From assembly GCA_964392085.1 (NCBI GenBank), contig CAYMOV010000004.1, forward strand, positions 16,808 through 80,807: a DNA stretch of 64,000 nt. Direction: 5' to 3'. Of the stretch, positions 53,176-63,293 are shown one piece after another. The DNA is from an uncultured bacterium. GTDB lineage: Bacteria; Oederibacteriota; Muellerivitia; Muellerivitales; Muellerivitaceae. Both the position numbers and the translations under genes were made by a program. A model generated the notes under the pieces. That model worked only from the letters and a program-made list of their open reading frames with translations, ran no database searches and had not been told where the DNA came from. Numbering within the stretch: the first letter of the stretch is position 1; every line of letters starts with the position of its first letter.

Positions 53176-53277
53176 TTTCGTCCTCCTACCCTCTTTAGGG
53201 TGGGCCAACGCCCACCCACTCTTTCGATGGGTTCAAATCAAGACGGTCCCCGATCCGCCCCCGGTCCTGCCCCACCC

Positions 53278-56200
53278 TTAGGTCGTGGCCGGAGCGGGAA
53301 CCGCGGGAGTCTCCAGCACCCCGGCGAGGATCTTGGGGTCCATAGCCGCCAGGGCCCGGTAATACCCCACGCGCGCGTTGGCGTCCACTTGGGCCTCCGC
53401 GAACAACCTCGTGGATTCCTCGGGCTTGGCCATGGCCAGCATCCGGAAGCGGTTCTCGGTCATGAGGTAGTCCTTGACCGGGATCTTGGGCATCCCCGAA
53501 TCGATCTGGAGGGGGTTCTTGCCCTGGGCCAACAACGCCGGGTTGTGCCGGTAAAGTACCCACTGGCCGGATTCCACCGCGGCCTTTTGCTGTTTCAAGC
53601 CGTTGATCATGTCGATGCCGTGGGAGATGCAGTGGCTGTAGGCGATCACCAGGGAAGGCCCGTCGAAAGCCTCGGCCTCCAGGATCGCCTTCAGGGTCTG
53701 CCCGTCGTTGTATCCCATCGCCACCCGGGCCACATAAACGTTCTTGTAGGTCATGGCCATGAGGCCCAGGTCCTTCTTCATGCCCTGTTTCCCCGACGCG
53801 GCGAATTTCGCCACCGCGCCCCGGGGAGTGGACTTGGACATCTGTCCGCCGGTGTTGGAGTACACCTCGGTGTCCAGCACCAGGATATTGACGTTGAGCC
53901 CGCTTCCCAAAACGTGGTCCAAACCGCCGTAACCGATGTCGTAAGCCCATCCGTCACCGCCCATGATCCAAACGCTCTTCTTGACCAAGGCGTCCGCCAG
54001 GCCGAGGAGCTGCTGGGACTCGGGTGCGGCGTTGCCCTTGAGCTTGGCCCGCAATTGGTCCACCCGCCGGCGTTGCTGGGCGATTCCGTCCTCGTTGGAC
54101 TGGTCCGCCCCCTCGATCGCTTGGGCCAAGTCCGCGCCCACCGCGTCCTTCAATCCCGTCAGGAGCCTCAGGGCCTCTGCTCGCTTGAAGTCCCAGCTCA
54201 TTCGGAAGCCCAGCCCGAATTCCGCGTTGTCCTCGAAGAGCGAGTTGCACCAGGCCGGGCCGCGACCGTCGGCGTCCTTGGCCCAGGGGGTCGTCGGGAG
54301 ATTGCCGCCGTAAATGGAGGAGCAACCCGTGGCGTTGGCCACCAGGAGCCGGTCGCCGAAGAGCTGGCTCACCAGCTTCACGTAGGGAGTCTCGCCGCAA
54401 CCCGCGCAGGCGCCCGAGAACTCGAACAGTGGGCGCTGGATCTGCTGGGTCGAGAGGATGTCGTTGCGCATCTTGGCCCGGTCGAACTCAGGCAGGTTGA
54501 GGAAGAAGTCCCAGTTCTTGCGCTCGGCTTCGACCAGGGGCGCCTGGGGCTTCATGTTGATGGCCTTTATCTTGGCCTCGGTCTTGGACTTGACCGGGCA
54601 GGCCTCGACGCAAAGCCCGCAACCCGTGCAATCCTCGGTCGCCACCTGGAGGCTGTACTTCAGCCCCTGCTTCTTGAAGTCGATGAACTTGGCGTCCGCC
54701 GACTTGAAAGCGGCCGGGGCGTTGGACAGCAGGGACGGTTCGTACACCTTCGGGCGGATGACGCCGTGGGGGCAGACGAAGGCGCACTTGTTGCACTGGA
54801 TGCAGAGGTCGGTGTCCCACACCGGCACGTCCAACGCCAGGTTCCGCTTCTCCCAACGCGCCGTATCCGTGGGGTAGGTCCCGCTGACGGGTAGGGCGGA
54901 GACCGGCAGGGAGTCGCCGTCCCCGGCGATGATCTGGCCCAGGACCCTCTGGACGAACTCCGGGGCGTTCTTCGGGATCGGGAGATGGAGGTCCTGGTTG
55001 CCGGTTTTCCGGCCCTCGACCTTCACCTCGTGGAGGTTCTCCAGGGTCTTGTCCACGGCGTTGAGGTTGGCCTGGACGACCTTCTCACCCTTCTTGCTGT
55101 AGGTCTTGACGATGGATTTCTTGATGGACTCGATGGCCTCCTCGCGGGGCAGGACTCCCGAGATGGCGAAGAAGCAGGTCTGCATGATGGTGTTGGTGCG
55201 CCCCCCCATGCCCGTGTCCTTGGCCACCTTCGTGGCGTCGATCACGTAGAGTTTGATCCTCTTCTTTTGCAGGTGTTCCTGCATCGTGCGGGGCAGGTGG
55301 TCCCAAATTTCGTCCTTGGAGTGGGGGGTGTTGAGCAGGAACGTCCCACCCGGCTCCATGCACTTAAGCATGTCGAACTTATAAAGGAACACCGGCACGC
55401 TGCAAGCCATGAAATTGGCCCGGGTGATGAGGTAGCTGGACCTCAGGGGCTTCGGCCCGAACCGCAGGTGGGAGGTCGTCATGGACCCGGACTTCTTGGA
55501 GTCGTAAACGAAATAGCCCTGGGCGTAGTTCGGGGTGTTTTCCCCGATGATCTTGATGGAGTTCTTGTTGGCCCCCACGGTGCCGTCGGCCCCCAAACCA
55601 TAAAACATGGCCCGAACCACTTCCGGCCCCTCGGTGGAAAAATCCGGGTCATAAGTCAGGCTGGTGTGGGTCAAGTCGTCGTTGATGCCGATGGTGAAGT
55701 GGTTCTTCACCTTGGCTTCCTTCAGGTGGTCATAGACCCCCTTGATCATGGCGGGGGTGAATTCCTTCGAGGACAGGCCGTAGCGGCCGCCCACCAGGCG
55801 CGGGATGGTCTTGGTGGCCCCGGACTGGCTGGACTCCATGTAGGCGTCGACCACGTCGAGGTAAAGGGGTTCCCCGGCGCTTCCCGGTTCCTTGGTGCGG
55901 TCCAGGATCGCCACGGTCTTGACGCTGGCCGGCAGGGCCTTGAGCAGGGCGGCCCCGTCGAAGGGGCGGTACAGCCGCACCTTCAAAAGTCCGACCTTCT
56001 CACCTTTCGCCAAAAGAGCGTCCACCGTCTCGTGGGCCACGTCGGCCCCGGATCCCATGAGCACCAAGACCCGCTCCGCCTCGGGATGCCCGACATACTC
56101 ATACGTCTTGTAGGATCGCCCCGTCAACTTGGCGAACTCGTCCATCACGCCCTGGACGATCCCGGGCACCTTTTGGTAGTAGGAATTCGCCGCTTCCCGT

Positions 56201-56886
56201 CCCTGGAAGTTCACGTCGGGGTTTTGGGCGGTGCCTCGCAGCACCGGCTTGTCCGGGGTCAGGCCCTTGGCGTGGAGTTGATCGACCCGGTTCTGGTCGA
56301 AAAGGGCCTTGAGGACCGAATCGTCCAACATGGTGACCTTGGCCACCTCGTGGGAAGTGCGGAACCCGTCGAAGAAGTGGACGAACGGGAGTTCGCTCCT
56401 CAAGGCCGAGGCATGGGCGATGAGGGCCATGTCGTGGGCTTCCTGGACCGAGTTGGAGCAAAGCATGGCCCAGCCCGTGGATCGGCAGGCCATGACGTCG
56501 GAATGGTCGCCGAAGATCGAGAGTCCCTGGTAGGCCAAGGCCCGGGCCGCGACATGGATGACCATGGGGATGAGTTCCCCGGCGATCTTGAACATGTTGG
56601 GGATCATCAGGAGCAGGCCCTGGGACGCCGTGAAGGTGGTGGTCAAGGACCCATTCTGGAGGGCTCCGTGGACAGCGCCGATGGCGCCGCCCTCGGACTG
56701 CATCTCCATGATGGAAGGGACCTGGCCCCAAAGGTTGGTCTTGCCTTGGGAAGCCCATTCCTCGCAGAACTCCGCCATGGGGGAGGATGGCGTGATCGGG
56801 TAGATGGCGACCACTTCGTTGAGTTTAAACGCCACCTTCGCGACGGCTTCGTTGGCATCCAGCGTGTAATGACTGTCCTTCGCCAT
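53278..56886 (-). CDS. nifJ: Pyruvate:ferredoxin/flavodoxin oxidoreductase
   Basis: YPITPSS, EMQSEGGA, GLGADGTVG, two CxxCxxCxxxCP motifs, FSGACAGCGETPY, GGDGWAYDIG, DTEVYSNTGGQ. Confidence 0.96.
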   Translation of the reverse strand: MAKDSHYTLDANEAVAKVAFKLNEVVAIYPITPSSPMAEFCEEWASQGKTNLWGQVPSIMEMQSEGGAIGAVHGALQNGSLTTTFTASQGLLLMIPNMFKIAGELIPMVIHVAARALAYQGLSIFGDHSDVMACRSTGWAMLCSNSVQEAHDMALIAHASALRSELPFVHFFDGFRTSHEVAKVTMLDDSVLKALFDQNRVDQLHAKGLTPDKPVLRGTAQNPDVNFQGREAANSYYQKVPGIVQGVMDEFAKLTGRSYKTYEYVGHPEAERVLVLMGSGADVAHETVDALLAKGEKVGLLKVRLYRPFDGAALLKALPASVKTVAILDRTKEPGSAGEPLYLDVVDAYMESSQSGATKTIPRLVGGRYGLSSKEFTPAMIKGVYDHLKEAKVKNHFTIGINDDLTHTSLTYDPDFSTEGPEVVRAMFYGLGADGTVGANKNSIKIIGENTPNYAQGYFVYDSKKSGSMTTSHLRFGPKPLRSSYLITRANFMACSVPVFLYKFDMLKCMEPGGTFLLNTPHSKDEIWDHLPRTMQEHLQKKRIKLYVIDATKVAKDTGMGGRTNTIMQTCFFAISGVLPREEAIESIKKSIVKTYSKKGEKVVQANLNAVDKTLENLHEVKVEGRKTGNQDLHLPIPKNAPEFVQRVLGQIIAGDGDSLPVSALPVSGTYPTDTARWEKRNLALDVPVWDTDLCIQCNKCAFVCPHGVIRPKVYEPSLLSNAPAAFKSADAKFIDFKKQGLKYSLQVATEDCTGCGLCVEACPVKSKTEAKIKAINMKPQAPLVEAERKNWDFFLNLPEFDRAKMRNDILSTQQIQRPLFEFSGACAGCGETPYVKLVSQLFGDRLLVANATGCSSIYGGNLPTTPWAKDADGRGPAWCNSLFEDNAEFGLGFRMSWDFKRAEALRLLTGLKDAVGADLAQAIEGADQSNEDGIAQQRRRVDQLRAKLKGNAAPESQQLLGLADALVKKSVWIMGGDGWAYDIGYGGLDHVLGSGLNVNILVLDTEVYSNTGGQMSKSTPRGAVAKFAASGKQGMKKDLGLMAMTYKNVYVARVAMGYNDGQTLKAILEAEAFDGPSLVIAYSHCISHGIDMINGLKQQKAAVESGQWVLYRHNPALLAQGKNPLQIDSGMPKIPVKDYLMTENRFRMLAMAKPEESTRLFAEAQVDANARVGYYRALAAMDPKILAGVLETPAVPAPATT

Positions 56887-56954
56887 GTCTCGGCTCCTTT
56901 GGTTCGTTACGGTTTGTTCCACACCCGGAAACTTGGTTCCCGGGTCTTTTGCAT

Positions 56955-57194
56955 TCAGGCCTGGTCCATCGCCGCCAGGACGGCAAAATCCTTCAACGTC
57001 TTTTCTGCCTCTTCCTCATCCAACACGCTCAACGCGAAGCCCACGTGGACCACCACATAATCGCCGGCCTTCGCCTCCTGGACGTAGGCGAGGGAAACCT
57101 CGCGGATCGCGCCCCCAAAATCGACACGACCGGACCGCCTCACGGGGTCGGCTTCAGTCACTTCCAAGATCTTCCCTGGGACCGCTAGGCACAT
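56955..57194 (-). CDS. hypC: Hydrogenase maturation chaperone
   Basis: MCLAVPG, GDYVVVHVGFAL. Confidence 0.95.
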   Translation of the reverse strand: MCLAVPGKILEVTEADPVRRSGRVDFGGAIREVSLAYVQEAKAGDYVVVHVGFALSVLDEEEAEKTLKDFAVLAAMDQA

Positions 57195-59542
57195 TTCGTC
57201 CCTCCTTCCAGCCGGGCCCGAGCGACCACGGCTTGCCCAAGGGCCAATCCCCCATCGTTGGGTGGGATTTCCCTGGGCCAATAGACTTCCAACCCGGCCG
57301 CCCGGAGGCGGTGGACACAGGAGTCCAACAACACCTTGTTCTGGAAACAACCCCCGCCCAAGAGGACCCTATTTTGGCCCAAGGACTCCGCGGCCTTTAT
57401 GACCCCCTCTACCAAAGACCCATGAAATTTTTGGGCCATTTCCTTGGGCGAAACTTTATTTGCCATGTCAATTATCAGCCCTTCCACAAGGGGACCCCAA
57501 TCCAATTGGCCCATCCCCTCTTTTTCGGTCCACAACATGGGGTAACCCTGCACGTTTGACGGCAGGTCACCCGCCAAAAACTCGAGGTCCATGGCGGCCT
57601 GTCCCTCGAAACGGATCTTTTGCCGGAGGCCCAAAAGGGACGCCACCGCGTCGAACAACCGGCCCATGCTGGAGGTCAGGGGACTGTTGAACCCGCTCTC
57701 CAACATGTTCAGGAGGATTTTTCTCTCTTCCGAGGGAAAGGCAGTCACCGGCCAAAGGTCGGGACGGTTCACCGCGTCGACGCCACCCCAGGCGTGAAGC
57801 AGGCCCAAGGCACTGCGACGGGGTTCCTTGACCGCCGATTCCCCCCCCGGCAACCGGAAGGGTCGCAGGCGGCCCCGCCGGGTCCAGGCACCCCGGGCTC
57901 CCGTGAAGAATTCTCCCCCCCAAACCGTACCATCAGCCCCCCAACCCGTTCCGTCCCAGGCCACCCCTAGGGCCTGTCCCATGACCCCGTTCTCTGCGGC
58001 GCAGGCCGCCACGTGGGCCTCATGGTGTTGGACCGGAACCACCGGCCGACCCAACCCCGCCGCGGCCCGGGTGGATACGTAATCGGGATGGGCGTCGCAG
58101 GCCACGACCTCCGGGTTGGCCCCGAAAAGGGTCGGCAGGTCCCGGATCGCGGATTGGAACGCCTCGGAGGCCCGGGGGGATTCCAAGTCCCCTAAATGGG
58201 GACCCAGGACCAAACGGTTTCCCTGGAGGATCGCCACCGCGTTCTTGAGGTGGGCCCCCACCGCCAAGATCGGAATGGAGGAACCGTTCTCCGGCAGGTA
58301 AACGGACCTGGGCGCGTAACCCCTGGCCCGGCGAAGGACCATGGAGCGCCCCCCCATCACCCGAACGACCGAATCGTCCAACGCTCGGGCGATCGGCCGG
58401 TCGTGGACGAGGAAGACATCCGCCAGGCCCCCCAAGCGTTTCACCGCCTCCTCCTCATCGGTCACCATGGGTTCGTCGGACAAGTTGCCGGAGGTCGCCA
58501 CGATGGGAAACCCCAGTTCCTGGAGCAGGAGCGCGTGGAGCGGGGTGGTCGGTAGGAGGACACCCAGGTTCGGGTTCCCGGGGGCCAACCCCCGGGTCAG
58601 GGAGCTGGGTTCCCTTCCCAGTCCGGCCGCCTGGCGGCGCAGGATGACGATGGGACCCGCCGGTGATCGGAGGATGGACTCCTCCAATTCGGAGGTCTCG
58701 CAATCCTTCCGGATGGATTCGATTGAGGGGAACATCACCGCGAAGGGTTTTTCCTCCCGGTGTTTCCGCAATCGCAGTTTGGCGACCACTTCCGGGTCGC
58801 GGGCGTCGCATAGGAGTTGGAACCCCCCCAAACCCTTGAAAGCCACGATCAAACCGGCGCGCAGGGCCCAGGCCGCCTCCAACAGGGCCCGATGACCGCC
58901 GGCCGTGGGGGTTCCCCGCCCGTTCCAAAGGGCCAGTTGGGGTCCGCATTCGGGGCAGGCGATAGGTTGGGCGTGGAACCGACGGTCCCGGGGATCCTCA
59001 TACTCCGCCCGGCAGGCGTCACACATCGGAAAGGCGGCCATCGTGGTGCGGGCGCGGTCGTAGGGCAATCCCTTCAGGATCGAGAACCGGGGGCCGCAGT
59101 GGGTGCAGTTGGTGAAGGGATAGCGGTAACGACGATCCGAGGGGTCGAAGATTTCCCGGAGGCAATCCGGGCAGACCACCGCGTCCGGAAGGGCCTCCGT
59201 GGTGGAGGGACCCTCCAGGCCGCTGTCGAGGATTTGGAATCCCGTTCCGGCCTTCAGGGGGAGGACTCGGCTGTCGAAGGAACGCAGGGAGGCGAGGGGG
59301 GGCAATTCACAGGGCAGGCGTTGGAGGAACAGGGCGAGGGTATCGGAGGGCCCCTCCACCTCCAAGGTCACCCCCTGGGGGCTGTTCCGGACTGTTCCCG
59401 CGAGGCCTAATTCCGAGGCTAAACGGTGGAGAAAAGGACGGAACCCCACTCCCTGGATGGATCCTTGAAAGAGAATCTCCAGCCTTTGCCGCCCGGCCCC
59501 GACGAGGGGAATGGGGGCCCGGATGATGATTTCATTCTCCAT
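57185..59542 (-). CDS. hypF: Carbamoyltransferase
   Basis: GSIQGVGFRPF, Zn fingers (CPDC, CTHCGPR, CDAC, CPECGP), RARGYAP, QHHEAH, NDGGLALGQ. Confidence 0.96.
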   Translation of the reverse strand: MENEIIIRAPIPLVGAGRQRLEILFQGSIQGVGFRPFLHRLASELGLAGTVRNSPQGVTLEVEGPSDTLALFLQRLPCELPPLASLRSFDSRVLPLKAGTGFQILDSGLEGPSTTEALPDAVVCPDCLREIFDPSDRRYRYPFTNCTHCGPRFSILKGLPYDRARTTMAAFPMCDACRAEYEDPRDRRFHAQPIACPECGPQLALWNGRGTPTAGGHRALLEAAWALRAGLIVAFKGLGGFQLLCDARDPEVVAKLRLRKHREEKPFAVMFPSIESIRKDCETSELEESILRSPAGPIVILRRQAAGLGREPSSLTRGLAPGNPNLGVLLPTTPLHALLLQELGFPIVATSGNLSDEPMVTDEEEAVKRLGGLADVFLVHDRPIARALDDSVVRVMGGRSMVLRRARGYAPRSVYLPENGSSIPILAVGAHLKNAVAILQGNRLVLGPHLGDLESPRASEAFQSAIRDLPTLFGANPEVVACDAHPDYVSTRAAAGLGRPVVPVQHHEAHVAACAAENGVMGQALGVAWDGTGWGADGTVWGGEFFTGARGAWTRRGRLRPFRLPGGESAVKEPRRSALGLLHAWGGVDAVNRPDLWPVTAFPSEERKILLNMLESGFNSPLTSSMGRLFDAVASLLGLRQKIRFEGQAAMDLEFLAGDLPSNVQGYPMLWTEKEGMGQLDWGPLVEGLIIDMANKVSPKEMAQKFHGSLVEGVIKAAESLGQNRVLLGGGCFQNKVLLDSCVHRLRAAGLEVYWPREIPPNDGGLALGQAVVARARLEGGTKCA

Positions 59543-59590
59543 GCGGTTCCCCCTTCACGCATGCCCGTAAGAAAACAACGAATCCATGAG

Positions 59591-59705
59591 CCACGGAGAA
59601 AGCGGAGGACAAGGAGTAAGAAGGCCTGACCTGCTAGTCTTTTAAACCCGTGTTTAAACTCCGCGGCCCCCGTGCCCCCCGTGGTGAAATAGTTTTAGCC
59701 GTCGT
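59591..59705. repeat. REP-like element with CACGGAG-type inverted arms
   Basis: CCACGGAGAAAGCGGAG ... CTCCGCGGCCCCCGTGCCCCCCGTGG; flank GACGGCTAAAACTATTT (minus) resembles 518-537. Confidence 0.55.
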
Positions 59706-60052
59706 TAGACTTCCGCTTCGATCGGCTCGATTTCGATCTTGTTTCCGGCCGTGACGACGACCTCGGTGGAGCCGCAAGCCGAACAGTTCGGCAAGTGATG
59801 GTCCGCCACCCCGCCCTCGGCCCCGCAGGCAGAGCACTTGATCGCCATGGGCACTTCGATCAAGTCCAGGGCGACACCCTCGAGGCGCGTCCCCTTCACG
59901 GAAAGTTCGTAATGGAGCAAGACGCTGTCCGGTTGCAGGTGGTACACGTCCCCCACCCGGACCCCCACCCGTTTCAACCGGGCGTTGGGATAGGGTTCCA
60001 ATCCCGTTAGGATGGCCTGGACGATGTCCTCGGTGAATTTCCCCTCATGCAT
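59705..60052 (-). CDS. hypA: Hydrogenase nickel-insertion protein
   Basis: MHE N-terminus and two CxxC motifs. Confidence 0.9.
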   Translation of the reverse strand: MHEGKFTEDIVQAILTGLEPYPNARLKRVGVRVGDVYHLQPDSVLLHYELSVKGTRLEGVALDLIEVPMAIKCSACGAEGGVADHHLPNCSACGSTEVVVTAGNKIEIEPIEAEV

Positions 60053-60527
60053 GGGTGCCCTCCCGGTCGGAAATCGAGCCTTCCAGGACGGGGACCGGAA
60101 CCGGCTTGTCGAGGAGGAAGGACCGGATCCGTTCCACCGCTTCCCCCACGGCCCGTTGGGTATCCTCGGTGAAACCCTCCCCAAACCCGAAATCGCGGGC
60201 GGGCAGGCGGCAAACCCAAAACTCGGGGGATCGGCCATAAAGGGCTTGGCACATGCCCCGAAGCGCGCCTGGGGAAAGGCCATGGGTGGAGGAGGCCCCC
60301 AGGGTCTCGGTGACCTTTTCCAGGACCACCCGGTGGCCCTTGGGGTCGGCGTCCACCACGAGTAATAGCTCGACCTGGGCCAGGTCCTCCAAAAGGGTGG
60401 TGTCCAACTGCTGTTCGCCGCGGCATTCGGTCTGGGGGATGGAAAGGTCGGACAGAAGGCGGACCACTTCCAGGCCCGCCCCGTCGTCCCGGCGCGTGGG
60501 GTTTCCGGTACCGATGATAAGTCGCAT
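60045..60527 (-). CDS. hoxW: Hydrogenase maturation protease (HoxW-like)
   Basis: IIGTGNPTRRDDGAG, VVDA, STHG, FGFGEG. Confidence 0.8.
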   Translation of the reverse strand: MRLIIGTGNPTRRDDGAGLEVVRLLSDLSIPQTECRGEQQLDTTLLEDLAQVELLLVVDADPKGHRVVLEKVTETLGASSTHGLSPGALRGMCQALYGRSPEFWVCRLPARDFGFGEGFTEDTQRAVGEAVERIRSFLLDKPVPVPVLEGSISDREGTHA

Positions 60528-60623
60528 GTTGTTCCCTCCCGCCATTACGACCATCGGCGCCCGGGGACGGCAGGACGTCTTGCGGTCCGTCCCCGGAAGC
60601 CCACGACCGGCCACTTCTATCGT

Positions 60624-62057
60624 TTAATCCCTGGCGATCGTCTTGAGCACCCGCCCCGACTCGTCCTGGATCTCCAGCACCAGGGGCATGGAGCCCAAGG
60701 CATGGGTCGAGCAGGATAGGCAGGGGTCGTAGCAACGGATGGCGGCCTCCACTCGGTTGAGGGCCCCCTCCTTCACGTCGTTCCCCTTCACGAACTGCTT
60801 AGCCACGTCCAGGACCGACTGGTCCATGGACGGGTTGTTCTGCCCGGTGGCGATCAGGAGGTTCACCTTCAACAGGCTCCCCCCCTCGTCCACCGTATAG
60901 TGGTGGAACAAGGTGCCCCGCGGCGCCTCAGTGCAGCCCACTCCTTGGGGATGGTTGCGGCCGGCCGATACCACGATGTCCGTCGAGGTGATTTCCGGGT
61001 CGTCCAAAAGTTCCTTGATCATCTCCACGCAAGCCAGGTTTTCGATGAGCCGGGCGTAGTGGAAATACAGGGCCCCATGGAGGGGCTTGCCCCCGCCCAA
61101 GGCCTTGTAGGCCTCGAATTCCTTCTGGGCCAACGGGGTCGTCATCTTCGTGGCCACGTTCAAGCGGGCCAAGGGACCCACCCGATAGAAGCCTTTCCCC
61201 TCGCCGAAGGGCTTGTAGAAGGGATACTTGAGGTAGGACCAGTCGATGGGTTTCTCAGCGATGAAGGACAGGTAATCGTCGGGGTTCAGCTTGTCCGCGA
61301 CGATCTTGCCTTCCGCGTCCACGAACCGAATCAATCCGTCGTAGACCTCGAACTCGCCGTTCGGGCCCGTCAAGCCCATGTAAAGGGTCTTTGCCGGGGC
61401 GAAACTCTCCATCAGCGGCTTGTTCTCCCCAACCCACTTCTTGAGGATCGAAAGGGCCAATTGGGAAGTCTCCAACACCTCGGGGTACCAGGCCAGGAGC
61501 GCCTTCCGGTTTTCCTCCGTGAGGGGGAATCCCATGCCGCCGGCCATGATGCCCATGACGTGGATCTTCTTGCCCGTGATGCGCTCGGAGATCTCCTGCC
61601 CAAACTTGCGCAGGCGGATCCCCTTCACCGCCACCTCGGGGAACTTGGCCGCCAGACCCAAAACATTCCGGGTCGCGGGATCGGAGTCGAACCCCAACAG
61701 GAAGTCAGGCGCCGAAAGGTGGAAAAAGGACAGGGCGTGGGACGACACGAATTGGCCCAGTTGGATCATGCGGCGGAGCTTCACGGCCGCCGGGGTGATC
61801 TTCACCCCCATGATCTTCTCCCCGGCCTTCGCCGAGGCGATGGCGTGGGAATGCGGGCAGATGCCGCAGATCCGCGGGGTGATGTTGGGCATCTCGGTGT
61901 ACATCCGCCCCTCGCAGAACTTCTCGAAGCCGCGGAATTCGTTGGTGTGGAACCGCGCCTTCTGGACCGCGCCGTTGGCGTCCACATGGATCGTGATCTT
62001 GGCGTGGCCCTCGATGCGGGTGACGGGATTGATCGATATTTTCTTGAGCTCAGCCAT
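60624..62057 (-). CDS. hoxH: Group 3d [NiFe]-hydrogenase large subunit
   Basis: PVTRIEGH, L1 ITPRICGICP, L2 YDPCLSCSTH plus cleavable tail. Confidence 0.93.
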   Translation of the reverse strand: MAELKKISINPVTRIEGHAKITIHVDANGAVQKARFHTNEFRGFEKFCEGRMYTEMPNITPRICGICPHSHAIASAKAGEKIMGVKITPAAVKLRRMIQLGQFVSSHALSFFHLSAPDFLLGFDSDPATRNVLGLAAKFPEVAVKGIRLRKFGQEISERITGKKIHVMGIMAGGMGFPLTEENRKALLAWYPEVLETSQLALSILKKWVGENKPLMESFAPAKTLYMGLTGPNGEFEVYDGLIRFVDAEGKIVADKLNPDDYLSFIAEKPIDWSYLKYPFYKPFGEGKGFYRVGPLARLNVATKMTTPLAQKEFEAYKALGGGKPLHGALYFHYARLIENLACVEMIKELLDDPEITSTDIVVSAGRNHPQGVGCTEAPRGTLFHHYTVDEGGSLLKVNLLIATGQNNPSMDQSVLDVAKQFVKGNDVKEGALNRVEAAIRCYDPCLSCSTHALGSMPLVLEIQDESGRVLKTIARD

Positions 62058-62589
62058 ACTTCACCATCCTTTCCTGGTCCAACACCGGGACGCGGTCCTG
62101 GAGGATTTCGGCCACCACGTAGAAGATCAGGTCCGCCGATGGCGGGCACCCGGGCAGGTAGTAGTCCACTTTCACGTGCTCATGGAGGGGCGCCACCCGG
62201 TCGATGAGGCGCGGCGTGTCCGGGTCCATCGGGACATGTCCCTCGGAGTTGCTCTCGACCTCCACATAGGCCCGGTTCAGGCACTCTTCCTTGGTGAACT
62301 TCATGCGCATGGTGGGCACGTTGGCGGTCACCGCGCAGTCGCCGAAGGCCACCAGGATCTTGGCCTTCTTTCGGATCACCTGGATCTCATGCTCGTGTTC
62401 CTCGTTGCAGACGCAGCCTTCGACGAGCACCACGTCACACTCGGGGAACTCCTTGGCGTCCACCACGGGGCTCTTCACGATGTCCGCGAGTTTCGCCACC
62501 TCGAGGATCCGCTCGTCGATGTCCAGGAGCGACATGTGGCACCCCGAACAGCCGCCGAGCCAGACCGTGGCCAGCTTTTTCTTGCTCAT
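62050..62589 (-). CDS. hoxY: Hox small subunit
   Basis: GCSGCHMS, GDCA, LPGCPP; single-cluster length. Confidence 0.92.
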   Translation of the reverse strand: MSKKKLATVWLGGCSGCHMSLLDIDERILEVAKLADIVKSPVVDAKEFPECDVVLVEGCVCNEEHEHEIQVIRKKAKILVAFGDCAVTANVPTMRMKFTKEECLNRAYVEVESNSEGHVPMDPDTPRLIDRVAPLHEHVKVDYYLPGCPPSADLIFYVVAEILQDRVPVLDQERMVKYG

Positions 62590-63293
62590 GATTTCACCTT
62601 CCGTTTCGCGACCAGATCGCTGACCATGGCCGGTTTTTTCTTGAGGAGCCCCTGGGCGGTGTTCTTGGGCCAAAGCGCGCCCGTCGGGCAGACCTCGACG
62701 CACTTGCCGCAGGAGGTGCAGGTGGTGGACTCTCCCCAGGGCTGGAAGAAGTCGGAGATGACCTTCGACTGGAATCCCCGCCCCATGACGTCCCAGTTAT
62801 GGGCGCCTTCCACCTCGTCGCAGGTCCGGACGCAGCGCGTGCAGAGGATGCAGCGGTTCTGGTCCAGGATGAAGTCCTTGTGGGTGGAGTCCAGGTCGCA
62901 TTCCGGGTACTGGTAGGCGTACCGGACGTGGGTCATCCCGACCTTGTAGCCCAGGTCCTGGAGTTCGCAGTCGCGGTTCGCCACGCACACCGCACAGGTA
63001 TGGTTTCGCTCCGCGAAAAGCAACTCGGTGATCATGAGCCGGTACTTCTTGAGCTTGTCGGTCATGGTCTTGATCCGCATGTTGGGCTGGGGCACCGTGG
63101 TGCAGGCCGGGAACAGCCGGGGGCTCCCCTCCACCTCGACCAGGCAAAGGCGGCAGGCGCCCACGTCCCCCAAACCGTCCAAATGGCACATGGTGGGGAT
63201 CGGAACGTTGTTGCGCTTGCAGATCGAGAGGATGGACTCGCCCTGCTCCGCGGTCACCGGCTTTTCATCGATCGTCAGTTGGATCGTCGGCAT
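62586..63293 (-). CDS. hoxU: Hox diaphorase FeS subunit
   Basis: CH..GACRLC..PAC, HTCAVC...C, CILCTRCVRTC, CTSCGKCVEVCP. Confidence 0.92.
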   Translation of the reverse strand: MPTIQLTIDEKPVTAEQGESILSICKRNNVPIPTMCHLDGLGDVGACRLCLVEVEGSPRLFPACTTVPQPNMRIKTMTDKLKKYRLMITELLFAERNHTCAVCVANRDCELQDLGYKVGMTHVRYAYQYPECDLDSTHKDFILDQNRCILCTRCVRTCDEVEGAHNWDVMGRGFQSKVISDFFQPWGESTTCTSCGKCVEVCPTGALWPKNTAQGLLKKKPAMVSDLVAKRKVKS

